DNA from: Pseudodesulfovibrio piezophilus C1TLV30
GTDB lineage: Bacteria; Desulfobacterota; Desulfovibrionia; Desulfovibrionales; Desulfovibrionaceae
DNA length: 32,000 nucleotides
Assembly (NCBI RefSeq): GCF_000341895.1
Contig: NC_020409.1
Location: 630,001 to 662,000, forward strand
Reading direction: 5' to 3'
The notes beneath the pieces are model-generated. The model was not told the DNA's origin, did not search any database, and worked only from the letters and a program-made list of their open reading frames with translations. The translations under genes were made by a program, and so were the position numbers. Every line of letters begins with the position of its first letter. Position 1 is the first letter of the stretch. This document shows positions 8,915-17,931 of this stretch, one piece after another.

Positions 8915-9643
8915 TTAAAGAATTTCCTTCAGGAAGTTCCTTGTACGTTCATGCTGGGGATTTTTGAAAAATTCATCTGGCGGAGCTTGTTCTACAACTA
9001 TACCGCCATCCATGAAAAGGACCCGGTCACAGACTTCTCGGGCAAAACCCATTTCATGTGTGACACAGAGCATAGTCATTCCCTCACGAGCCAGGTCTTT
9101 CATGACATTCAGCACCTCATTAATCATTTCAGGATCAAGAGCTGAAGTCGGTTCATCAAAGAGCATCACTTTAGGTTTCATGGCCAAGGAACGCGCAATA
9201 GCCACTCGCTGTTGCTGCCCACCGGAAAGTTCTGCAGGATACTTATGAGCCTGATCATGAATGCCAACACGCTCCAAGAGCTGAAGAGCTGTCTCTTCCG
9301 CTTGTTCCTTGGGTACATTCTTGACCTTGATGGGCGCTAATGTAACATTTTTTAGCACCGAGAGATGGGGGTACAAGTTGAATTGTTGAAAAACGATGCC
9401 TATTTCTGCCCTCAGGTCATTAATATTAACATCTTTGTCCAGAATATCCTTCCCATCAAACAAGATTTGCCCTTTCTGATATTCTTCCAACCGATTGATA
9501 CACCTGATAAAGGTAGATTTACCGGATCCGGAAGGACCACAGATAACGAGGACTTCGCCCTTGTTGACGGACTCGGTGATTCCTTGAAGAACATGAAAAT
9601 CACCATACCATTTATGCAGTTTCTGCACTTCGATCATTGCCAT
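8915..9643 (-). CDS. Amino-acid ABC transporter ATP-binding protein
   Basis: Walker [10 protein letters not shown], signature [15 protein letters not shown], Walker [12 protein letters not shown] and the H-loop VTHEMGFA. Confidence 0.9.
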   Translation of the reverse strand: MAMIEVQKLHKWYGDFHVLQGITESVNKGEVLVICGPSGSGKSTFIRCINRLEEYQKGQILFDGKDILDKDVNINDLRAEIGIVFQQFNLYPHLSVLKNVTLAPIKVKNVPKEQAEETALQLLERVGIHDQAHKYPAELSGGQQQRVAIARSLAMKPKVMLFDEPTSALDPEMINEVLNVMKDLAREGMTMLCVTHEMGFAREVCDRVLFMDGGIVVEQAPPDEFFKNPQHERTRNFLKEIL

Positions 9644-9724
9644 ATAAGAAAAACTCCAAACGTAAATTGGGCAAAAAAATGAATCCTAGCCAGTCTGTCG
9701 GGTGCTTCCGATTGGTAAGACCGG

Positions 9725-9739
9725 GCATCGGAATTGCCA
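9725..9739 (-). promoter_or_regulatory. Candidate sigma-54 (-24/-12) promoter for the ABC transporter operon
   Basis: The minus strand reads TGGCAATTCCGATGC. GG and GC have the canonical TGGCAC-N5-TTGC spacing, about 80 nt upstream of the ATPase ATG. This is a motif match only. Confidence 0.3.
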
Positions 9740-10108
9740 GTAAGTACTTATCCGAATCTGCAAAAAAGTCAAGGTACCGTTCATTTGACAGACGAATCTA
9801 CGCCTTAAAAACACTTTTGCAAAAGACTTATAATTACTGACGGACAAATACGAAAACAACGTGTTTTTTACTCTATGACACAAAGCTCACTTGTGTTCTA
9901 TTCAGGAGAACATTCACAAAGAGTTGAACCTTATCCCCGATGTGTTTTCCTCTATAGAGTCGTGATGATATAATATTTCCGATTACTCCCACCTCTGACA
10001 GGACAGAAAAGAAACGAACAGTTACTCTTTACCACATGAAAGAAGAGACGTCTTCACAATCTTGATTGGGGATCTTCGAAATAAAGCATTGTGAGGCAAT
10101 AAATAAAA

Positions 10109-10138
10109 AGAAGGCCCGCTCTTTCGAACGGGCCTTCT
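10109..10138 (-). terminator. Intrinsic terminator after qrcD
   Basis: Perfect 10-bp stem AGAAGGCCCG/CGGGCCTTCT with a 10-nt loop, followed on the minus strand by TTTTATTT. It sits 22 nt after the qrcD stop. Confidence 0.8.
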
Positions 10139-10159
10139 CAATTCATTACGTATTTGCTC

Positions 10160-11401
10160 TTATTCGCCAGACTGATAGTTTAACTTTGTCTCCAGTGGGA
10201 AGACCGGCAGATAACGATAAGCAAGACTGACCACAATTCCGCCAAAAGCGACAATCATGATAGAAGTTGCATACTCAACCCAATTCGGGAAGTAGACTTG
10301 CCACTTATCAAAAGGCATAGACGGAAAGGCGATAGTCTGAACCGTGAAAATATACCGATTCAGAGAAACACCGATGCAATCCAGAATAGCGGCTGTATAA
10401 AGCAAACCGGGACGATTTCTTATTGCAGGCACAACCAACATGATAGCAGGTACAACACCGCAGAGAATGATCTCGGAGAACATCAGCCACTTTCCGTAGG
10501 CCACACCATAGAACATATCATCAAAAGTCAAGCCGACGGAAGGCAGATACCCAGTCGCCCATGCCCATGTGTCAAGAATCTTGAAGAACATGTACACACT
10601 CAACATGGTGCCAGCAATCTTACCCATCAAAGCTTTTGTCTTGAAGTCCACCAGCTTCTTGCCTGTCAGTTTCTCCATAGTGGTAGCGATCAGAACGGTA
10701 AAGACCGGACCGGACCCGACGGCAGAAAGGACAAACAGGAAGAAGGTCCACGGCCATATGAAGAATCCCTCACGGAAGGAAAACGGACGCCCGATAAGGA
10801 CACCATACATTCCTCCGAGGGAACCTTGGTGGAATGTAGACAAGAAAGCACCAATACCGGCGAACAAAGCCATATTGACATGCATATTATGCGCAAGGGC
10901 ATGAATAAAAGGTATCTTGTTCAACTGTTTCTGTTCCAGAATCAACGGAATAAACTCGATGATGAGAACAGTCAGGTAACAGGTGATGCAGAAGATAACT
11001 TCGGTCAACATGGAATGAACATTCGGATGCCAGTAACCGAACCATGCACGTGTGGGCTGACCGACGTCGAGCACCAGAACCAACATGGCACCAGCATAGC
11101 AACAAAAACCGACGATAACCGTCAGGTTAATGATTTTTTCCAGTTGTTTTATCTTGAGAATATACTTGAGCAAGCCAGTGAAAAAGGCACCAGCACCAAG
11201 TGCGATAACCGCAAGGTCAAAGGTAATCCAGGCACCAAACCCGAAATAGTTGTCTAATCCGGTAGTACCGATTCCATTATACAATACAAGCACAGCTCCG
11301 TAGAAGCCCCACAGGAAGACGCCCACAAGGAAAGCCATCCAGATGAGGTACTGACCGAAGGAGCACCGCTGCGTCCCTTCCGGGAAGAGTTTGCTATCCA
11401 T
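10160..11401 (-). CDS. qrcD: Quinone reductase complex membrane subunit (NrfD/PsrC family)
   Basis: 413-aa polytopic membrane protein. It is the last gene of a cluster ordered multiheme cytochrome, Mo-oxidoreductase-like protein, 4-cluster FeS protein, NrfD-like protein. Confidence 0.75.
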   Translation of the reverse strand: MDSKLFPEGTQRCSFGQYLIWMAFLVGVFLWGFYGAVLVLYNGIGTTGLDNYFGFGAWITFDLAVIALGAGAFFTGLLKYILKIKQLEKIINLTVIVGFCCYAGAMLVLVLDVGQPTRAWFGYWHPNVHSMLTEVIFCITCYLTVLIIEFIPLILEQKQLNKIPFIHALAHNMHVNMALFAGIGAFLSTFHQGSLGGMYGVLIGRPFSFREGFFIWPWTFFLFVLSAVGSGPVFTVLIATTMEKLTGKKLVDFKTKALMGKIAGTMLSVYMFFKILDTWAWATGYLPSVGLTFDDMFYGVAYGKWLMFSEIILCGVVPAIMLVVPAIRNRPGLLYTAAILDCIGVSLNRYIFTVQTIAFPSMPFDKWQVYFPNWVEYATSIMIVAFGGIVVSLAYRYLPVFPLETKLNYQSGE

Positions 11402-11414
11402 TGTTCAGCTCCCT

Positions 11415-12227
11415 TTAGTGATGACCGCCGCCATCGGCGTTGTAGTTGTCGCCCTGCCTGCGGACCCATTCGCGCTCCGAGGCGTAGTAAACCTGAGGCT
11501 CCAGACCGAGCTTTTCAACCAGCCGAAAAGCATGTTTGCTTTTGGCGAGATCGTGAACGACATGCTCTGGATTATTCAGGTCACCGAAAGTAATCGCCTT
11601 AGTAGGACATATTTCCGCACACGCGGTAATATATGCACCATCAGGCAGATTCATCGGGTCCTCACCATTTTGACGCGCTTCATCTTTGGCGTTCATATAA
11701 CGCGTATGGCAGAAGTTACATTTTTCAACCACACCACGAGGACGAACGGAAACGGCCGGACTAAGTCCCTTATCCATACCTTCAGGCCAGAGGGGATCCC
11801 ACCAGTTGAAGTACCGGGCGTGATACGGACACGCAGCCATGCAGTACCGACAGCCGATACAACGTGGATATACCTGCGAGACGATACCACCTTCCTCATT
11901 CTTTTCCGTAGCGACCACCGGACACACTGGCACACAAGCAGGATTACCACATTGCATGCATGGTCTCGGCAGATATGCCGTCTCGTGATTCGGGAAGACT
12001 TCGCCGTTAGACAGTTCGTAGACATTCATCCAGGTCAGGGTCTTGAGCTTATTGGACGCATCATCGCGGTCCTTAGTCAATGCCTGGACATAGTTATAGG
12101 GGTCTTCTTTCGTCATGGGAGCGATATTATTCTCCACCTGGCAGCCGACCATACAGGCCCCGCACCCGGTGCATTTGTCAATATCAATGACCATGCCCCA
12201 CTTAATTTTGAATTCTTTCATATGCAT
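11415..12227 (-). CDS. qrcC: Quinone reductase complex iron-sulfur subunit (4Fe-4S dicluster, NrfC/PsrB-like)
   Basis: Contains CTGCGACMVGC, CMQCGNPACVPVCP, CIGCRYCMAACP and CNFC...CAEICP. The start was taken at MHMKEFKIKWGMVID (12227) with a GGGGGA SD. The longer ORF overlaps the end of qrcB. Confidence 0.8.
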   Translation of the reverse strand: MHMKEFKIKWGMVIDIDKCTGCGACMVGCQVENNIAPMTKEDPYNYVQALTKDRDDASNKLKTLTWMNVYELSNGEVFPNHETAYLPRPCMQCGNPACVPVCPVVATEKNEEGGIVSQVYPRCIGCRYCMAACPYHARYFNWWDPLWPEGMDKGLSPAVSVRPRGVVEKCNFCHTRYMNAKDEARQNGEDPMNLPDGAYITACAEICPTKAITFGDLNNPEHVVHDLAKSKHAFRLVEKLGLEPQVYYASEREWVRRQGDNYNADGGGHH

Positions 12228-12238
12228 GTCGGTTCCCC

Positions 12239-14188
12239 CTAGATTTTGGCGATGTTCACAGTGGAACCGGCCCATGTGGAAGCGCCAGTGGCAGCTTCGG
12301 AGCTCACCGTGAGGATCTTATAGACATTATCGCCCTTGCCCTTCGAGAACTCATCGCCGACCGTGTGCCCCATCCCTAAAGGAGCAGCGACCACGCCAGG
12401 CAACACGCCTTCGAATATCTGGACCAAAGCTTCACAATCTCCATTGCCACCGGAAAGCTTCACCTTGGAGCCGACGTTTACACCAAGTTTTTTGGCGGTC
12501 ACGGAAGCCATCATCACGACCATATTATCGCCGAGAAGCTGGTTATTGCTAATAGTGCAAGGAGCATTGGGAGTCGTTGCCTGATTCGCTGTACCGACAT
12601 TGAGCATCGTATAGGGAGCCAAGCTGACTGCACCAGTTCCTTTGACAGGAACGGCTGCTCTACTCAGAACATTGGCAGCCAAAATGACACCCGACATATC
12701 AGGAGTTTCCTCAAGAATGTAGGCAGCCCCTTCGGTCAATTCATCCAGATCAGCACCAATAACTCCAACTTTGGCTTCAATGACTTCCTGGAAGCTCTCA
12801 AATCCGAGATCAATCAGACCAAGAACAAAGTCTCCGGCATTCATGACATCATAAATCGGCTTGGCTACAGGCGCTCCCATTGAATATGTGGCGGCAGCAA
12901 CTCCGTAAGGACTTACCAGATCATCATACCGCTCATAAGGATGAGGCGTAGGGAGAACAAGATCCGCAGCTGCTGTAGTCTCAGTATTCACCGAATCAAA
13001 GGCAACAGTGAATCCGGCTTTAACTTGCTCCGTCAAAGCATACGTGGGATTTGCTTCATAAACAAACAGCAGATCGGCTTCAACACCTTGCAGGATATCC
13101 TGCTTGAGCATCTCAGAACGAGTCATCGCCGTTTCTACAGCCTTTCCGAATTCTGGCAGAATGTTCATTCCACCACCAAGCAGCAGGTTCAAAGCGAACG
13201 CGGCTGCATGTGCGGCAACGGATCCACCTGGAACCACCACCGGATTTTCAGCGGCGAGCAAGAGTTTGGCAACCTCGGCCATATCACTAGCCTTGACACC
13301 TGTCGCAGCCTCTACCTTGACAGGAGTATACCCACTCAGAACCATGGCTTTAAACTGATCAAAATCACGAGCGGGCACGGATTTGCCAGCTTGCAACACA
13401 TGATAGCATACGCCAAGGGTAAAAGCTGCCATGCCTTCAGTCGGCACGGGAACCCATTTGCTGGTGACGGATGCGGTCTTTGTCTGCATAGGGCCAGCAA
13501 AGATGAATTTTCCACCTTCGTTGGCTGCAAAGGCTTTCAGGTTCGCAACGGTTGGTCCCCATGATTCCAGTGCATCCGCACCGGCAAGAAGAACAACATC
13601 CGCACTTTCCATATCATACCCAACTTGACCAGAGCCGCCCATCAAACCAGTCCAAGCTTTATCAGCAGCTTGCATATCACAAGGCATGGCGTAGAAAGCA
13701 TCGCTTCCCTTATCGACCAATAATGCGGATAAAACTTCGTTGATTGTGCCTGTCTGATCACCGGAAATGACAGCAACTCTGTTGCCGGCTGCTTCCAGTT
13801 TTTCGGCAACAACTTCTGTAGCCTTTTCCCAGGTAATGGATTCACCGTTCAGCATCGGTGTCTTGATGCGGGTCGGACTGTTTTTGGTTTGCACACCATT
13901 GGCGCACAAAGGACATATACCACCACCAGAGAGCGGATTGTCCACGTTACCTTCAGTTCCGAAGGCTTCGCCAGCTACGGTGCGAACCTTCACGGCACAG
14001 CCGGATTCGCATATTTTAGAAACAGTTGGAATTCCTTTCACCTCACCATATTTCAGGGTGGGGATCCAGGGCCAGTTCTGCGTCCATATCGACGCATCAT
14101 CAAGGGCCGTCCAAACCGTCGGTGTAAAAAGGATACCGGCGGTTGCGCCCACAGTCATCTGTATAAAAGCTCTGCGTGCTACACTCAT
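12239..14188 (-). CDS. qrcB: Quinone reductase complex molybdopterin-oxidoreductase-like subunit, Tat-exported
   Basis: Twin-arginine leader MSVARRAFIQMTVGATAGILF at the start chosen (14188, GAGGGG SD). The body is a large Mo-bisPGD-enzyme-like fold. Confidence 0.75.
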   Translation of the reverse strand: MSVARRAFIQMTVGATAGILFTPTVWTALDDASIWTQNWPWIPTLKYGEVKGIPTVSKICESGCAVKVRTVAGEAFGTEGNVDNPLSGGGICPLCANGVQTKNSPTRIKTPMLNGESITWEKATEVVAEKLEAAGNRVAVISGDQTGTINEVLSALLVDKGSDAFYAMPCDMQAADKAWTGLMGGSGQVGYDMESADVVLLAGADALESWGPTVANLKAFAANEGGKFIFAGPMQTKTASVTSKWVPVPTEGMAAFTLGVCYHVLQAGKSVPARDFDQFKAMVLSGYTPVKVEAATGVKASDMAEVAKLLLAAENPVVVPGGSVAAHAAAFALNLLLGGGMNILPEFGKAVETAMTRSEMLKQDILQGVEADLLFVYEANPTYALTEQVKAGFTVAFDSVNTETTAAADLVLPTPHPYERYDDLVSPYGVAAATYSMGAPVAKPIYDVMNAGDFVLGLIDLGFESFQEVIEAKVGVIGADLDELTEGAAYILEETPDMSGVILAANVLSRAAVPVKGTGAVSLAPYTMLNVGTANQATTPNAPCTISNNQLLGDNMVVMMASVTAKKLGVNVGSKVKLSGGNGDCEALVQIFEGVLPGVVAAPLGMGHTVGDEFSKGKGDNVYKILTVSSEAATGASTWAGSTVNIAKI

Positions 14189-14201
14189 TCTCAGTACCCC
14201 T

Positions 14202-14948
14202 CTACTTGTGACAAGTGTAACAGGCGTTTGATTGGCCCTTGAGGGCATGACACCGCTCACACTTCCACATCTTCATTGTCGTCTTACTGTAACCAGTCAG
14301 CCTGTTCTGCTCAAAAGCCGGCGGTACATCATTCAGGTGAATATCCTTAAGATGACACAGATTACAATTCTGTTCGGCAGGCTCGTCGAACACCGAAGGA
14401 TCGACGACGCTGGACAGGTCATTTTTCATGTCTGCCAACTCGGCAATGTCAAGCCCAGCATGAGCCTTGTGCGAGAAATACACATTATCCGGTTGATACT
14501 GATAGTTCAACCAAGGGACCTCTTTGCCTTGGATCAAATACTTGACCACATACTCGCGTTCTGCCTGCAGCTTATCCTCATCGCCAGAAGCCAAGTTGTC
14601 TTCAATAGCTCCGATTTCAGCTTTCATAATAGCTTCATAATCATTCGGGTCGATTCCTTCTTCAGCAATGGCCTCCATTGCTTCCTCTGGATCGACCGCG
14701 TGACATTCAGCGCAGACTTCATTTGTCGGGAATCCGGCATAAGAGCCATCATCCCGGAAATAATGACAGCTTTCGCAATCCATTCCCTGATCTTCCACGT
14801 GCACTGCATGACTGAACCAAATCGGTTGTTCGACATCTTTGTAGAACAATCCCGGAATGACAGCCCAACCTAATACGCAGGTGGTCAGGAAGCCGATGAT
14901 AAAGGGAAGTCCCCCTCCACACCGTTTCGATGCTTTTCTTTCCTCCAT
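14202..14948 (-). CDS. qrcA: Membrane-anchored multiheme cytochrome c (five CXXCH motifs)
   Basis: N-terminal TM segment GLPFIIGFLTTCVLGWAVIPGLF. Heme motifs are CESCH, CAECH, CNLCH, CERCH and CYTCH. It is the first gene of the operon. Confidence 0.75.
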   Translation of the reverse strand: MEERKASKRCGGGLPFIIGFLTTCVLGWAVIPGLFYKDVEQPIWFSHAVHVEDQGMDCESCHYFRDDGSYAGFPTNEVCAECHAVDPEEAMEAIAEEGIDPNDYEAIMKAEIGAIEDNLASGDEDKLQAEREYVVKYLIQGKEVPWLNYQYQPDNVYFSHKAHAGLDIAELADMKNDLSSVVDPSVFDEPAEQNCNLCHLKDIHLNDVPPAFEQNRLTGYSKTTMKMWKCERCHALKGQSNACYTCHK

Positions 14949-15040
14949 AACCTCGCCCCATCACTCTAAAGTTTAAGTGAAAATCACACCAATTGAACTA
15001 AGTTCCCATACGGTAAGGATTGTTTTCGTGTCAAGAGAAT

Positions 15041-15056
15041 ATGAAAATTTTCACGA
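15041..15056 (-). promoter_or_regulatory. Perfect 12-bp palindrome TGAAAATTTTCA in the qrcA promoter region (Rex-like operator candidate), next to a TTGACA -35 at 15029-15034
   Basis: The minus strand reads TCGTGAAAATTTTCATAT, about 100 nt upstream of the qrcA ATG. It resembles the TTGTGAA-N4-TTCACAA Rex consensus in 13 of 18 positions by my alignment. Confidence 0.25.
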
Positions 15057-15120
15057 TCTCTCAAAAGCGCATACAACCACTAAAATCTTTACAGTATCGG
15101 GACCTTACGGCATACAGAAT

Positions 15121-16551
15121 TTATTTCTGAACTCGTCCGTAAACATCATCAAAACGAACGATATCGTCTTCTTCCAAGTATGGACCACTCTGAATTTCAA
15201 TAATATTGAGAGGAACCTTTCCCGGATTAGCAAGTCTATGTTGAGAAGCTTTGGGGATATCGATGGACTGGTTTTCCACTAGGATTACTGGCTTTTCATC
15301 AACTTCGACCTCAGCTGTCCCATCCACTACAACCCAATGCTCACTCCGATGGTGATGCATTTGAGAACTCAGCCGAGCCCCAGGATTTACCTGAATCCGT
15401 TTGATTTTGTAATGAGGCCCCTCTTCCAACACCGAGTAGCTACCCCAAGGGCGCACAACAGTGGGATGACTTTCCACAAGTCGGCTTCCCTCGGCCTTGA
15501 GAGTAGCCACGACATCTCGCACTGACTGTACATGTTCCATGGGACAAGACAAAGTGGCGTCGCGAGTTTGAACCATAATCATGTTCTCCACCCCAACCAC
15601 AGCCAGCTTTCCCCCTTCACTGATCAACAATGAATTATGACAATCCATAGCAAGTACATCACCTTGTATAACATTGCCATTCTGATCCTTTTCACCAATA
15701 CGGTATAATGCTTCCCAACTGCCAAGGTCGTCCCAATCAAATTGGGCACGAACCACCGCTATATTGTCTATCTTTTCAACAACACCATAATCTACTGAAA
15801 TATTGGGAAGTTCTCGATAACCCTGTACCAGAGACGTTTGATCTCTTTCCATCCACCAATCCCATAGATCCGGTTGAAATTTGGCAACTTGGGTCAAGAA
15901 ATCCTTAGCACGGAACAAGAACATGCCACTATTCCAGAAATGACTCCCCTCTCGAAGAAACGCCTCAGCCTTTTCCAATCCGGGTTTTTCAACAAACCCA
16001 TCCACGGCAAAAGCATCATCGCATATTTTTTTTCCTAGAGTGATGTATCCATACCCGGTTTCAGGCGTTCGTGGCTTGACACCAAAAGTGACAAAGAGCT
16101 TTTCAGCAGCCAGACAAGAGGCCTGAACAATATCCTCCCCCCAAGCCTGACAATTCCCTATCAAATGGTCGGAAGGAAAAATCGCAGCCTGAGCGCGGGG
16201 GTTTGCTTCCACGACCTTATCAAGACCAAGCATGATTGCTGGTAGGGTATTTCGCCCAACAGGCTCGGACAGGACCTGTGTTTCCATATTGGGACAAATT
16301 TCTGCGATCTGCTTGCGCACTTCGAAAACATGCTCATCATTTGTGACAACCCATATTTTTTCTGGGTCAAAAAGCTCGAGCACTCGGGCGACAGACTGCT
16401 GCAATAAAGTTTGCTCCCCATCCAAGACAAGCAACTGCTTGGGCAGGAGGTTACGACTTAATGGCCACAAACGGGTGCCAGACCCTCCAGCCAAGATAAT
16501 GGCATGGCACTCTTCGGCGAATTGGGCCTTGAGCGGCCTGTTCTTCTGCAT
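15121..16551 (-). CDS. manC: Mannose-1-phosphate guanylyltransferase / mannose-6-phosphate isomerase (bifunctional type)
   Basis: AIILAGGSGTRLWPLSR nucleotidyl-transferase motif, a C-terminal cupin (HHHRSEHWVVVDG), and the ending VRFDDVYGR. The start was taken at MQKNRPL (16551), 1 nt after the rmlC stop. The ORF-track N-terminal extension overlaps rmlC. Confidence 0.85.
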   Translation of the reverse strand: MQKNRPLKAQFAEECHAIILAGGSGTRLWPLSRNLLPKQLLVLDGEQTLLQQSVARVLELFDPEKIWVVTNDEHVFEVRKQIAEICPNMETQVLSEPVGRNTLPAIMLGLDKVVEANPRAQAAIFPSDHLIGNCQAWGEDIVQASCLAAEKLFVTFGVKPRTPETGYGYITLGKKICDDAFAVDGFVEKPGLEKAEAFLREGSHFWNSGMFLFRAKDFLTQVAKFQPDLWDWWMERDQTSLVQGYRELPNISVDYGVVEKIDNIAVVRAQFDWDDLGSWEALYRIGEKDQNGNVIQGDVLAMDCHNSLLISEGGKLAVVGVENMIMVQTRDATLSCPMEHVQSVRDVVATLKAEGSRLVESHPTVVRPWGSYSVLEEGPHYKIKRIQVNPGARLSSQMHHHRSEHWVVVDGTAEVEVDEKPVILVENQSIDIPKASQHRLANPGKVPLNIIEIQSGPYLEEDDIVRFDDVYGRVQK

Positions 16552-16552
16552 A

Positions 16553-17125
16553 TTAGTAGTCCTCGTATATGAAGGGGGAATGGAAATCGACGAATCGGGA
16601 CAATCGACGATCCTTTTCTGATAATATTGGTTTTTGACCATGCAAAGCGGGAGTCCAATCCATACCGATAGTAGGATCATCCCAGGCAATCCCCCCCTCG
16701 TGGTCCGGCGAATAAGGAGCATCAACTTTGTATTGAAATTCCGTATCCGGCATGATGGTTATATATGCATGTCCAAACCCTTTCGGGATGAACATTCGTT
16801 TAAAATTCGACGCACTCAAGACAACTGGAGCATATTTTCCATAGGTCACGGAACCGAGTCGCAAGTCAATGACGACATCAAGCACAGCTCCTCTGGTGAC
16901 CCAAACTAATTTAGCCTGAGCCATGGGCGGCCTCTGAAAATGAAAACCTCGAAGGACCCCTAAGTCTTTTGAATAGGCGTGATTATCTTGGACAAAATCA
17001 CATTCAATATCTAATAAGCGGAATGAATCCTTATTATAACTTTCAAGAAAAAAGCCCCTCTCATCCTGAAAGACCTTCGGCTCCAGCACAAAAAGGCCGG
17101 AAAAACCGGTCTCATAGACCTGCAT
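16553..17125 (-). CDS. rmlC: dTDP-4-dehydrorhamnose 3,5-epimerase
   Basis: FQDERGFFLESY, LRGFHFQ, KLVWVTRGAVLDVVIDLR and a length of 190 aa. Confidence 0.85.
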   Translation of the reverse strand: MQVYETGFSGLFVLEPKVFQDERGFFLESYNKDSFRLLDIECDFVQDNHAYSKDLGVLRGFHFQRPPMAQAKLVWVTRGAVLDVVIDLRLGSVTYGKYAPVVLSASNFKRMFIPKGFGHAYITIMPDTEFQYKVDAPYSPDHEGGIAWDDPTIGMDWTPALHGQKPILSEKDRRLSRFVDFHSPFIYEDY

Positions 17126-17307
17126 CTGCCCTCCTCACCTTATGTTGGCCTGACTGACGGTACCATGTATCCGAGTTCAAAGTCGGACACAACCCCATGT
17201 AGCAATCGCTGCCATAAAAAAAACATACAACCTGTTCACATTTGCCCGATGGTTTGCTAGTTCCTTTCTTGGGAGAATCATTTTCATATTATTAAGGATT
17301 CAATTAC

Positions 17308-17880
17308 ATGAACTTTCTCGATATAGCACTTATCTGCATAGTCGTCATATTTACCATACGTGGTTTTTTCAGAGGGTTGGTTCAGGAGGCTCTTTCACTG
17401 ATAGCCATCCTCCTGGCGATATTTCTTGCCACCAATTACCAGCACCTCCTTATTCCCCACTTAGAGCTTTATATTCACAGCGCCATTACTGTAAGCGCCC
17501 TTGCTTCAGTTATCCTTTTCTTCGGAACGATTATACTCTTTTGGCTCATAGCAAAAGCTGTTCGATCCATGCTTGAGATAGCCCTGCTGGGATGGGTCGA
17601 TAGACTCACTGGTGCTTTGTTCGGTTGTGTTGAGGGTGCCATTATTGGATTAATTCTTCTCATTTTTCTTCAGTCATTCTCTCCAAACTCTTCTCAACTC
17701 AGGGAATCCAGCATAGCCCCACGCGTCCAGCACTTAATGAAGTTAACAGGTGATCTGTTACCAGAAGGAGCACGAGAGACTCTTATGCCCAAAGGGTTTT
17801 CGCTCCCATCAGCTCAACAGGCCATGGACTCAGCAAAAGAAGCTATTGGATTTGACGATGAGATTGATAATCCGCAATAA
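17308..17880 (+). CDS. cvpA: CvpA-family membrane protein
   Basis: MNFLDIALICIVVIFTIRGFFRGLVQEALSLIAILLAIFLA is the typical CvpA N-terminus. There are 4 TM segments. Confidence 0.7.
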   Translation: MNFLDIALICIVVIFTIRGFFRGLVQEALSLIAILLAIFLATNYQHLLIPHLELYIHSAITVSALASVILFFGTIILFWLIAKAVRSMLEIALLGWVDRLTGALFGCVEGAIIGLILLIFLQSFSPNSSQLRESSIAPRVQHLMKLTGDLLPEGARETLMPKGFSLPSAQQAMDSAKEAIGFDDEIDNPQ

Positions 17881-17931
17881 TAATTTTTCTTAGAATTTCG
17901 TACTTATCACCTACACAAGGAATGAACGCCA

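Noticed and set aside
9644-10108. Cobalamin or other riboswitch upstream of the operon ending in cbiC
   Set aside because: I could not find a B12-box-like element or any conserved riboswitch core that I recognise on the minus strand. The question is left for an Infernal scan.
10298-11257. 319-aa plus-strand ORF, the longest unexplained ORF in the track
   Set aside because: It is entirely antisense to the well-supported NrfD-family membrane gene qrcD. The product is low-complexity (R/K/Q/N/H-rich) with no motif or SD. This is the typical shadow ORF of a hydrophobic-protein gene.
11391-14873. Plus-strand ORFs 11391-12242 (283 aa), 12941-13564 (207 aa), 13767-14231 (154 aa) and 14232-14873 (213 aa)
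   Set aside because: All are antisense to qrcC, qrcB and qrcA, whose products carry unambiguous cofactor, Tat or heme motifs. No motifs or ribosome-binding sites were seen in the shadow frames.
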